A stretch of DNA of 64,000 bases from Eledone cirrhosa (lineage: Eukaryota): contig OZ024760.1 in the NCBI GenBank assembly GCA_964016885.1, positions 27,838,001 to 27,902,000 on the forward strand, in the 5' to 3' direction. Both the position numbers and the translations under genes were made by a program. The notes under the pieces are model-generated. The model saw only the letters and a list, made by a program, of their open reading frames with translations. It made no database searches and was not told the origin of the DNA. Shown one piece after another: positions 53,524 to 64,000 of the stretch. Within the stretch, counting starts at the first letter, position 1. Each line of letters begins with the position of its first letter.

Positions 53524-53784
53524 TATATATATATATATATATATAGATATACACTTCATTTTTCTATTTGATTTGTGCGATTCTTGAGGTGAAATCGTGT
53601 GTTGAAACAGATGATGTTGTAATTTTGGAGGGGCATGCTACCAATAAAAAACACACGCGCTGGTTGTTTTAATTTCAGTATTATTATTATTAGTTACCTA
53701 ACTAAAGGCAAAACCGAAGTGAAACTGGAGGCTGTGAAACATGGATTGTCGGGTTTTCAAATAACCAAGCTTTTTTTCTCTCTA

Positions 53785-53881
<97 letters not shown>

Positions 53882-53922
53882 CGATATTAAATAAATGGAA
53901 ACTATATTTATAAAACCATATT

Positions 53923-53987
53923 TATTTCATTATACATATTTCAGGGATACCAAATTAAAATATGGTATGCCTTCATCAGATAAAATA
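53923..53987 (-). ncRNA. Hammerhead motif, family B, intact
   Basis: Reverse strand: tattttat-CTGATGA-aggcatacca..tggtatccct-GAAA-tatgta-TA-atgaaata. Confidence 0.75.
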
Positions 53988-55047
53988 CAATATATAAACA
54001 GTTTTATAAATAATTTTGACGTACCCTATTAGATGCAACCATTATTTTTGGAAGCTATATATAATAGAATAGAAAACGAAAAATCAGTGATGCATCTGAA
54101 CTCAATTTATTGTGTTACAATTGTTTCCCCGGTGGACAGCTCGAGACGCGATCATTGTGTGGATCTCTCTGATTCTGGACACGTGTAATGATTTCGGAGC
54201 ATATATAAATAATATATATATATATATGTTGAATTTCCATAATTATTTATTTCTGAAAACACTGTGCACATTTTAGTGGCCAGGTTGTATAAGAACCTGG
54301 CGACATCTTCAGGTGTAAGTTGCGTAATAGGTGTATACCAACGGAATGATGGTAAACTTTTCAACTCCACCGTAATGCACGGTGCGTCATGGTGTATCTA
54401 ACCATTTTTTTAGGTCTTACTGCGGCTGATTTCTTCCAGAGAGAAAGAAAGAGATGGAAAAAGACAGAGAAGATTCATCCCCGGAGGAATAATAAAAAAT
54501 GTTTACACTGCACATTTCATTTTTTCAAAGCTAAAGCTGCCGATCCAAAATCAGTAATTCAACTCCCTGAAAACTTTCAAATATTTGCTGTTCTAGCATG
54601 AATATTATGCTAAGGGGCAGATGTCCACAAAGTAAGATTTATTTTCATATCACCGCTCATATAAACACATAAATACATGCATACATACATTACAGTTGAT
54701 ATTTTTTTTTATTAAAGCGTTTTCATATTATATATATATATATAGTGACGAAACACAAGTCAATTGTATGAACTCATAATCCTTTATTTACTGCTTTATT
54801 TGTATGAAATTGTAAATAACTCATCAAAGTATTAGAACAGAGGGAAATAACTCACCGAACGCGATAGTAAATAGACCGTTTTGGGGCCCCAGGGACAAGA
54901 TTTTTCAAGTTAGAGATTTGAAACCTCGTCTATTAGTTTCCTTGGCACTTTTTACATAGGTGTGTAAATTTTCATGTCCGTCCGACCACGTCTACTACCA
55001 TTTAACCGTGCACAACTGAATTTCAACCACCACCCATTTCACAAATA

Positions 55048-55086
<39 letters not shown>

Positions 55087-55171
55087 AAAGTTTTATTTAA
55101 GATTGTTGGGTTACAACGAGTAAATATTTTATAACTGATATAAAAGCACTCGACAGTTTCTGGAGTAGGTT

Positions 55172-57650
55172 TACGATATAAACAAATGGAAACTATATTT
55201 ATAAAACCATATTTATTTCGTTATATATATTTCTGGGATATCATATTAAAAATATGTTATGCCTTCCTCAGACAAAATACAATACATAAGCTGTTTTATA
55301 AATAATTAGTGACATACCTTTTGAGAATGCAACTTCCTTTTAAAAAAGTTGATTTGGTAGTGAAACTGTTATGATAGTTATATAGAAAGAAAACGAAGAT
55401 GAGAAGAAGAAGGTGAAGAGATGTATGTAAATAAAAAAGAAGAAGATGAAGAGATGTATGCAAAGAGAAAAGAGATGTATGTAAAGAAAAACAACGGAGC
55501 GAGATAGAGAGACAAGGATAGAGAGAGATACATTGATGGTGAAAAAAAACATAGTAGGCTGCATTTTGACAGATGATCATCGTATATGTGAGAGGTTAAG
55601 GGAAGGGATACAGTTAGATTAGTGTATAGGAGAAAAAGAAAGAAAGATGATATATTTAAAATATATTAAAAATATATTATGTCTCATCCATTTGAATTAT
55701 CAATTTTTATGAATTAGGCACTATAATGTAAATACCAGTATTCATGAATGAGACACATATCTATAATGTGTAAAAAAAATAACCACATGCTCAGTTTAAA
55801 AATTCTTAGGTCTATAAGCAAAATCTGAGACAAAACTTCAAACAAAGGTTATCTCAAATTCAAGTTGATAAATAAAGACGCACATGTGAACCTAGGTGAT
55901 ACGCTGCACTGATTCTTATATTTCATGAAAAACTTCAATGTGTCAGAAAAGAAAAACTTCAATGCGTTAGAAGAGATTCCACCCTACATACATTTACATA
56001 CATATATACATATATATAGACACAAAACATATAAGATATACATTAACATCTAAAACAATCATCGATCAAGCATAGAGTAGACAACAGATATCAATATTAA
56101 AATTAAAAACGCCAAGAATATCTTCGTCACTCCACAGAGTATCTAGGGACGCAAGAGAACATAGTATGCCACGCATATTGGTCATAGAATCAGAGTCAAA
56201 GCAAACAGGACCAAAATTGTTCACCAAGCCTTATTTATCAGAAATCATTCAAAACTTATTCTACAAATGCTCTTATATTCATTATAGAAGTTTATCCAGC
56301 TTAAAAATTTATTCAAAAGATTGGGACCAACGCCAATTTTAGGGTAGTTTATTTAATCTCATTAATTATATATTCATGCGGAAAGGTTTTTAAAAAAAAA
56401 AAAAAAAATTAAAGGAATCGAAAGATTTATCGCCAAGTATCACAAATAGTCAAATACCTTAAGTAAATATACTACATTTTATACTACATTTTAAATTTAT
56501 ATTTATATTTAAATGTTGAGTTCAATCTATGTCTGCAACAGCTGAATAAATTGGTTCGTAAATTAAGGGAATTTTTAGATTTTAATATAAAGAATATCTC
56601 CTCCGCGCAGAGGTCACAAGTCTCAGAAGAGATTCTATGACCGATATGCGTGGCATACTATGTTCTCTTGCGTCCCTAGATACTCTGTGGAGTGACGAAG
56701 ATATTCTTGGCGTTTTTAATTTTAATATTGATATCTGTTGTCTACTCTATGCTTGATCGATGATTGTTTTAGATGTTAATGTATATCTTATATGTTTTGT
56801 GTCTATATATATGTATATATGTATGTAAATGTATGTAGGGTGGAATCTCTTCTAACGCATTGAAGTTTTTCTTTTCTGACACATTGAAGTTTTTCATGAA
56901 ATATAAGAATCAGTGCAGCGTATCACCTAGGTTCACATGTGCGTCTTTATTTATCAACTTGAATTTGAGATAACCTTTGTTTGAAGTTTTGTCTCAGATT
57001 TTGCTTATAGACCTAAGAATTTTTAAACTGAGCACGTGGTTATTTTTTTTACACATTATAGATATGTGTCTCATTCATGAATACTGGTATTTACATTATA
57101 GTGCCTAATTCATAAAAATTGATAATTCAAATGGATGAGACATAATATATTTTTAATATATTTTAAATATATCATCTTTCTTTCTTTTTCTCCTATACAC
57201 TAATCTAACTGTATCCCTTCCCTTAACCTCTCACATATACGATGATCATCTGTCAAAATGCAGCCTACTATGTTTTTTTTCACCATCAATGTATCTCTCT
57301 CTATCCTTGTCTCTCTATCTCGCTCCGTTGTTTTTCTTTACATACATCTCTTTTCTCTTTGCATACATCTCTTCATCTTCTTCTTTTTTATTTACATACA
57401 TCTCTTCACCTTCTTCTTCTCATCTTCGTTTTCTTTCTATATAACTATCATAACAGTTTCACTACCAAATCAACTTTTTTAAAAGGAAGTTGCATTCTCA
57501 AAAGGTATGTCACTAATTATTTATAAAACAGCTTATGTATTGTATTTTGTCTGAGGAAGGCATAACATATTTTTAATATGATATCCCAGAAATATATATA
57601 ACGAAATAAATATGGTTTTATAAATATAGTTTCCATTTGTTTATATCGTA
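55172..57650. repeat. Large inverted repeat: arms 55172-56191 and 56631-57650 (~1020 bp each), ~440-bp spacer
   Basis: Arms almost identical by eye; identical mirrored ORFs 55296-55580(-) and 57242-57526(+). Confidence 0.95.
57543..57608 (+). ncRNA. Hammerhead motif, family B (mirror 55214-55279 on -)
   Basis: tattttgt-CTGAGGA-aggcataacatatt..aatatgatatccca-GAAA-tatata-TA-acgaaata; stem I changes relative to other copies keep pairing. Confidence 0.78.
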
Positions 57651-57709
57651 TATATATATATATGTATATTTATATATATATGTATATATATATGTATATA
57701 TAAATATAT

Positions 57710-58030
57710 ATGTATGCCTACCGCTGCACCTCCTCCAACCTAGTCTATGGACTTCGCTGCACGGAATGTAGCGCAACCTACGTCGGACAGACGGGACGTC
57801 GCCTGGCGGACCGTTTCACCGAACACCTCCGGGATATTCGTCTCGGCGGTAGTTCCCCCATCGCCCGTCACTTTGGCTCCCCTGGACATTCTGCGCACCA
57901 CCTCACAGTCTGTGGCCTACTCCAATGCCACGGAACACCCGCCACCCCCTTCAGGGTCGAACAACGCACCATCTTCACCCTACAGACTCACACTCCCCCC
58001 GGCCTGAACTCCCCAACCCTATTCCTTTAG
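57710..58030 (+). CDS. GIY-YIG endonuclease, 3' end of a truncated Penelope-like element (~57715-59088)
   Basis: CTSSNLVYGLRCTEC..YVGQTGRRLADRFTEH..IARHF..EQRTIFTLQT..PPGLN. Confidence 0.9.
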   Translation: MYAYRCTSSNLVYGLRCTECSATYVGQTGRRLADRFTEHLRDIRLGGSSPIARHFGSPGHSAHHLTVCGLLQCHGTPATPFRVEQRTIFTLQTHTPPGLNSPTLFL

Positions 58031-58973
58031 CCTTCGACCGCCCTCTTCCCACACACATATCCCCCACTAACACCACTAACACACCCCTCCTTTTCACCGC
58101 CCACCCCACAACTAACAATACTACCCCCCCCCAACTAACAATACTAACATCTTTTCCCATCCCTTCCCCTCCCCCCTCACGCACACACCCACCGGTACAT
58201 ATATAGACGCACTCACACTATCCACACACCCTACTACCACCAGTAACCCTCACCCACACATCCACTCCCACCACCCCACAAATAATACCACTAACCCCCC
58301 TTCCGACCCCACGTACACGAACACACACACCCACTTACACCACCCACTCTACACACACCCTACCACCACTGACCCCCACTAACACACCCGCATTCAACCC
58401 TTTCCCCGCCACCAGTATACTAACACCCCCTTCACCACACACACACTCATCCAAACACGCACACACACACCAGCACACTACACTCCCCCACCGTCCTCCA
58501 CACCTTTCTCTCCCTCTTCCCGCTCCACCCACACCCCTTCACACACACACACACATCCCACTAACACCTAATACAGCCCCCCCCCCCGCACGATCCCTCC
58601 TCACTCCACCTTTCACACCTACCCATCCAGTCCCCTGTCCACCGCATCCCCGCACACACTAACACACTGACTTTCTCCACCTGCCATACTCCTCTACTAC
58701 TGCTATGCCTTGACCCTCTGACCACTTCTCCGCACACACAGACACACAGCCCTCTCCACCTGTCATTCTCCTCTACCCTCCTCCTGCCTTGATCCTCTGA
58801 CCACTTCCTGTTGCGCGCGCACCCCCACATCTCCCCTCTTCCGACCAACACAACCACAGATTACACACATCGGTCAACGTTCCCACCATTTTTACTCCCC
58901 CCCCCCTTTTTTTTCTAAATGTCTCTCCCCCTCTCCCCTACACGCACTCGGAACTCTCTTCCAACACTCTTTT

Positions 58974-59008
58974 CGCCTGAAGAAGGGCTTATGCCCGAAA
59001 CGTCGTTC
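58974..59008 (+). ncRNA. Minimal hammerhead at the PLE 3' end
   Basis: CTGAAGA-a[gggc ttat gccc]-GAAA-cg-TC; stem I weak; AATAAA ~35 nt downstream. Confidence 0.72.
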
Positions 59009-59087
59009 TCCCCCCCTCTCTCAAAAGCGTGAAACTAATAAACCTTTGTTCGTACTGCCTCTCTGTTTTGTTCCCGTTCCATTTTTC

Positions 59088-59124
<37 letters not shown>

Positions 59125-59221
59125 AAATGAAGTAATTCCGTCGGAAAAGTTCAGGAAAAAAGAGTGCTCTATGTAGGTAACAGAGCTTAATAGTTATGTA
59201 ATAAACAACATAAGCCAATTA

Positions 59222-59282
59222 TTTCATTTACCAGTGGTTTCTTAAAAGCAAACAAATTTTGCTTTCAATCATCAGAATGAAA
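59222..59282 (-). ncRNA. Hammerhead motif, intact
   Basis: Reverse strand: tttcatt-CTGATGA-[ttgaaagcaaa atttg tttgcttttaa]-GAAA-ccactgg-TA-aatgaaa. Confidence 0.82.
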
Positions 59283-59321
59283 AAATCCTGGCGTATTTAT
59301 TGACATTGGATTAAAAAAAAA

Positions 59322-59373
<52 letters not shown>

Positions 59374-59408
59374 TATAAGAATATTTTCGAAACAGCGGGC
59401 GGGTTTGA

Positions 59409-59654
59409 AATTATTATAAATGTAAGCTATCGCCGTATTTTGACTAAAGAAATTAAAGAAATTATTTAGCCTGATAGTGGGGTTAAGAACCCTCGGAGAA
59501 ATGGAAAAAGATGAGTATTGACCTACATGGGAATCGAACCCATGTACGTCAATACTCATCTTTTTCCATTTCGCCGAGGGTTCTTAACCCCACTATCAGG
59601 CTAAATAATTTCTTTAATTTCTTTAGTCAAAATACGGCGATAAATTACATTTAT

Positions 59655-59660
<6 letters not shown>
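59409..59660. mobile_element. Fold-back of a tRNA-headed element (related copy ~48675-48890, -)
   Basis: Apex at a T-arm-like catgggttcgattcccatg; arms mirrored over ~120 bp. Confidence 0.75.
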
Positions 59661-59738
<78 letters not shown>

Positions 59739-59947
59739 TTTCTGAATTTGTTTAGCAAGATTCTTTATCTGAAAACGTGTGTTGAAACCGATATTGTTAT
59801 ACTTTGGGAGGGTCATGTTGCCAATAAGAAACACACGCACCAGTTGCTTTCACTTCAATTTATTATAATAAATTTAGGAATTTATAAATTTCCGGTTGGT
59901 TGGTTCCACAACCAGATGGTTGTTTATATATTGTCAAAGTTCTTTTG

Positions 59948-60029
<82 letters not shown>

Positions 60030-60099
60030 CAAAAGAACTTTGACAATATATAAACAACCATCTGGTTGTGGAACCAACCAACCAACCGGAAATTTATAA

Positions 60100-60174
<75 letters not shown>

Positions 60175-60186
60175 GGAAATTTATAA

Positions 60187-60223
<37 letters not shown>

Positions 60224-60689
60224 AACGGCTAATTCTGGACTAAATGAACATTTTCATTTAGTCCAGAATTAGCCGTCGAAACGGCTTGAGCTCAGCCGTC
60301 GGGGTCCCACTCGTTCCTATTACCCACTCTACTACCCTAAGTATTGAGTACTTTGGTGCGTTATGGTCCACCTGGTTCCTTACCACATTTCCTTCGTTAT
60401 ATATATATATATATGCTTTATATATATATGCATAGTTATATACATACATACATACACACACATATATACATACATATATATATATATATGCGTACGTCCT
60501 TACATACATACATATATGTATACAGGTATTCAGCTAAGCTCTGGTAAGTGGAACTCTATAAATATATTGATATATAAATTACCTCACGTGGTTTCATGAG
60601 TACCTTTAACAACACAGATTCCCACCCCCTTTTCTTTATATAAATACATTGATACATATATACATATAATGATAATAATAATAATAATG

Positions 60690-62003
60690 AAATTATTATG
60701 TACAGTGCTCAGGTACACTACAACTCATCAAAGGTGCATGTATAGTACATAGAATAATGTACAAATGTCAGGGAAGTGAACAGTGTATGAGTCATGATAT
60801 ACATGTGTGCATCTGTATGGAGGGGGAACATTAAGTGTAGTGTTGGCGAATCTCGGGAAGCATGGAGGTTTTAATGGATCCATTGTCTCGCCAGCTAACA
60901 ACTGATGCAGGTAGTTTGTTCCATGGAGGTTTTAAAGGATCCAGTGTCTCGACAGCTAACAACTGATGCAGGTAGTTTGTTCCATGGAGGTTTTAAATGA
61001 TGCAGTGTCTCGACAGCTAACAACTGATGCAGGTAGTTTGTTTCATGGAGGTTTTAAAGGATCCAGTGTCTCGCCAGCTAACAACTGATGCAGGTAGTTT
61101 GTTCCATGGAGGTTTTAAAGGATCCAGTGTCTCGACAGCTAACAACTGATGCAGGTAGTTTGTTCCATGGAGGTTTTAAAGGATGCAGTGTCTCGACAGC
61201 TAACAACTGATGCAGGTAGTTTGTTTCATGGAGGTTTTAAAGGATCCAGTGTCTCGCCAGCTAACAACTGATGCAGGTAGTTTGTTCCATGGAGGTTTTA
61301 AAAGATGCAGTGTCTCGACAGCTAACAACTGATGCAGGTAGTTTGTTCCATGGAGGTTTTAAATGATGCAGTGTCTCGACAGCTAACAACTGATGCAGGT
61401 AGTTTGTTCCATGGAGGTTTTAAATGATGCAGTGTCTCGACAGCTAACAACTGATGCAGGTAGTTTGTTCCATGGAGGTTTTAAATGATGCAGTGTCTCG
61501 ACAGCTAACAACTGATGCAGGTAGTTTGTTCCATGGAGGTTTTAAAGGATGCAGTGTCTCGACAGCTAACAACTGATGCAGGTAGTTTGTTCCATGGAGG
61601 TTTTAAAGGATGCAGTATCTCGACAGTTAACAACTGATGCAGGTAGTTTGTTCCATGGAGGTTTTAAAGGATGCAGTGTCTCGACAGCTAACAACTGATG
61701 CAGGTAGTTTGTTCCATACTTCAGAAACTCTAAGCATGAAGGAATGTCATGGGAGCTGTGCTGTTTTCTGACTTTGTAGACATGTCCACGTGTGTTAGAC
61801 ACATGGAAATCAAAAAGGTGCTCAGAGTTGTTTTTGGAAAGATGGTTAATAATTTTGTGGGTGTTTACCAAGTCAGTTGCCAGACGTTAGAGCTTCAATG
61901 TATCCATGCCCATGGAAGCAAGGCATTCAGAGTATGGTAGATGCCTGATGGAGGGTATTCGCTTGGTTGCACGTCTCTGAACAGTTTCCAGGTGGTCAAT
62001 GTA
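60690..62003 (-). mobile_element. CR1/L2-like LINE 3' fragment with (ATT)n tail
   Basis: HKIINHL...NTRGHVYKVRKQHS..WNKLPASVV.CRDTASFK, typical of CR1-type ORF2 ends. Confidence 0.8.
60861..61714. repeat. 61-bp x14 tandem array made from the CR1-like ORF end
   Basis: catggaggttttaaaggatgcagtgtctcgacagctaacaactgatgcaggtagtttgttc; starts at 60861, 60922 ... 61654. Confidence 0.96.
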
Positions 62004-62465
62004 TATATAATACTTATAGGCTGTTTATAGCTTAACTGCTCACAGCTTATTCTTAGTTCTATGGAAATCGTTATTTCTCTTATCTAATTATCTATTAAAC
62101 GTAACTCCGTACATATACATTTATATTTAATAGAGTTTATCTTAATTTATTATTTGTTTGAGACACAACTTCGCTAGTAAATTTAATCCGGGATAAAAAA
62201 ATATATCTTACAGTAATTATCTCCCTTTCACCATACAATCGGTTAAACTACATTAGTAAAAGTAGTGATACGCTTATTCCTCAGATTTATAAAAACCCGA
62301 AAAATGTTTCATTCAACTGATTTTCTGTAAATTCAAACTATGATATGGTATCGTTGGGTTCTACTGTGTGAGGTGAGTTTATGTTTTATGTGACTATAAA
62401 TTGAAGTTTATACCACTCCGAGGAGGGTATCTTGTGTATGCACTTGTATATGTATCTGTTAATAC

Positions 62466-62533
<68 letters not shown>

Positions 62534-62823
62534 CAGTGTCGAAGGGTAACCTGGAAAGCAGGGCATGCAGTCCAATCGCCATGGCGGAAAGTGGAGCTGT
62601 GCAGCCTTATCCCCCCCCCCATTCCCCCTGAAAGACTCTCCCGGTCAAAGCCGCATTTAGTGTTATCTAGTGTGTGTGTGTGTGTGTGTGTGTTATCTTT
62701 TTATGTGTCTACGATTTAGCAAGCAGCCAAATTTCTGCTTGCTTCAACCGACGCAATTGATCAATTCAAGATTCTATAATGCATGCACTGCATGCGTTGC
62801 ATGCACGCACCCTTCGCCCCTGG

Positions 62824-62871
<48 letters not shown>

Positions 62872-62987
62872 TGTATATATATATATATATGTATTTATGT
62901 ATGTATATATATATATATGTATTTATGTATGTATGTATATATATATATATGTATTTATGTATGTATATATATATATATGTATTTATG

Positions 62988-63044
<57 letters not shown>

Positions 63045-63074
63045 TTATATATATAGAGAGAGGGAGAGAGAGAT

Positions 63075-63315
63075 GTAATCTGAGTTTTTCGAATATTAAT
63101 GATAACATTCGATTCGTTTGCAATTATGCAAACAAGCCTCAATTTTATAGCCATGTCAGTAGAATGAACCCTTCATTCTTGCTCTTGGTTTGGCATGTAA
63201 ACACAAGAGCAAGAATGAAGAGTTCATTCTATTGACAGGGCTATAAAAATGAGGCTTGTTTGCATAATTGCAAACGAATCGAATGTTATTATAATATTAA
63301 AAAAACTCAGATTAT
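63075..63315. repeat. Palindrome of the tail of the 44820-45110 element
   Basis: taatctgagttttt..cattcttgctcttg is mirrored by caagagcaagaatg..aaaaactcagatta. Confidence 0.88.
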
Positions 63316-63349
63316 ATTTATTGTATTCAGCCATGTAGAGCGAAAAAAA

Positions 63350-63383
<34 letters not shown>

Positions 63384-63724
63384 TATGTGTGTGTCTGCAT
63401 ATGTATATGTGTGTGTATGTATATATGAGTGTGTATATGTATATATATATGTATACATATATACAAGTATACATACATATATATATATGTATACATACGT
63501 ATATATATATATATAGGAACGAATAGGACCAGACGGCGGAGTTCAAGCCGTTTCGACGGCTAATTCAGAAGTAGCCGTCGAAACGGCTTGAGCTCAGCCG
63601 TCGGGGTCCTACTCGTTCATATTACCCACTCTACTACCCTAAGTATTGATTACTTTGGTGCGTTATGGTCCAACTGGTTCCTTACCACACCTCCTTCGTT
63701 ATATATATATAAATATATACAAAG

Positions 63725-63759
<35 letters not shown>

Positions 63760-63882
63760 TAAACATACACACACACACACACATATATATATATAAACAT
63801 ACACACACTCGCACACATATATATATATATATACATAAACATACACACAGACACACACATATATATATATATACATAAACAT

Positions 63883-63917
<35 letters not shown>

Positions 63918-63962
63918 CATAAACATACACACACACACACATATATATATATACATAAACAT

Positions 63963-63999
<37 letters not shown>

Positions 64000-64000
64000 C

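Noticed and set aside
60861-61714. CRISPR-like appearance of the 61-, 77- and 49-bp arrays
   Set aside because: Head-to-tail units with no unique spacers, no cas genes, and units derive from LINE or SINE sequence in eukaryotic DNA.
62215-62295. Minus-strand CTGAGGA...GAAA
   Set aside because: Stem III cannot pair and stem I is 3 bp at best; likely chance.

Overview
AT-rich animal genomic DNA, full of (TA)n/(CA)n microsatellites and retroelements. The repeat repertoire resembles an octopod cephalopod, which is my inference. One plus-strand gene crosses most of the window: nine phase-consistent exons I spliced by hand (3373-52530, 451 aa plus stop, 5' part outside the window). It encodes a single-pass membrane protein with three PAN/apple-like domains, each on an exactly 240-nt phase 1-1 exon. 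The introns hold a nearly intact RTE LINE (one dinucleotide frameshift), a decayed second RTE, three Penelope-like element (PLE) remnants, R4- and CR1-like fragments, a non-autonomous Helitron, many SINEs and several minisatellites built from retroelement pieces. The main hidden signal is about 20 type I hammerhead-ribozyme motifs (stem I-CTGAnGA-stem II-GAAA-palindromic stem III-TH-stem I') from at least 8 sequence families, almost all in short PLE-type tails inserted in (TA)n. About 25 fold-back structures occur, with arms up to about 1 kb; where polarity can be read, the 5'/ribozyme ends face the apex and the 3' tails point outward. Unusual variants include hammerheads with ~85-115-nt stem II domains and a cross-paired 'split' double hammerhead at 44543-44705. 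The hammerhead-PLE link is already known; the density, variants and polarity here deserve testing. All folds were read by eye and none were computed.
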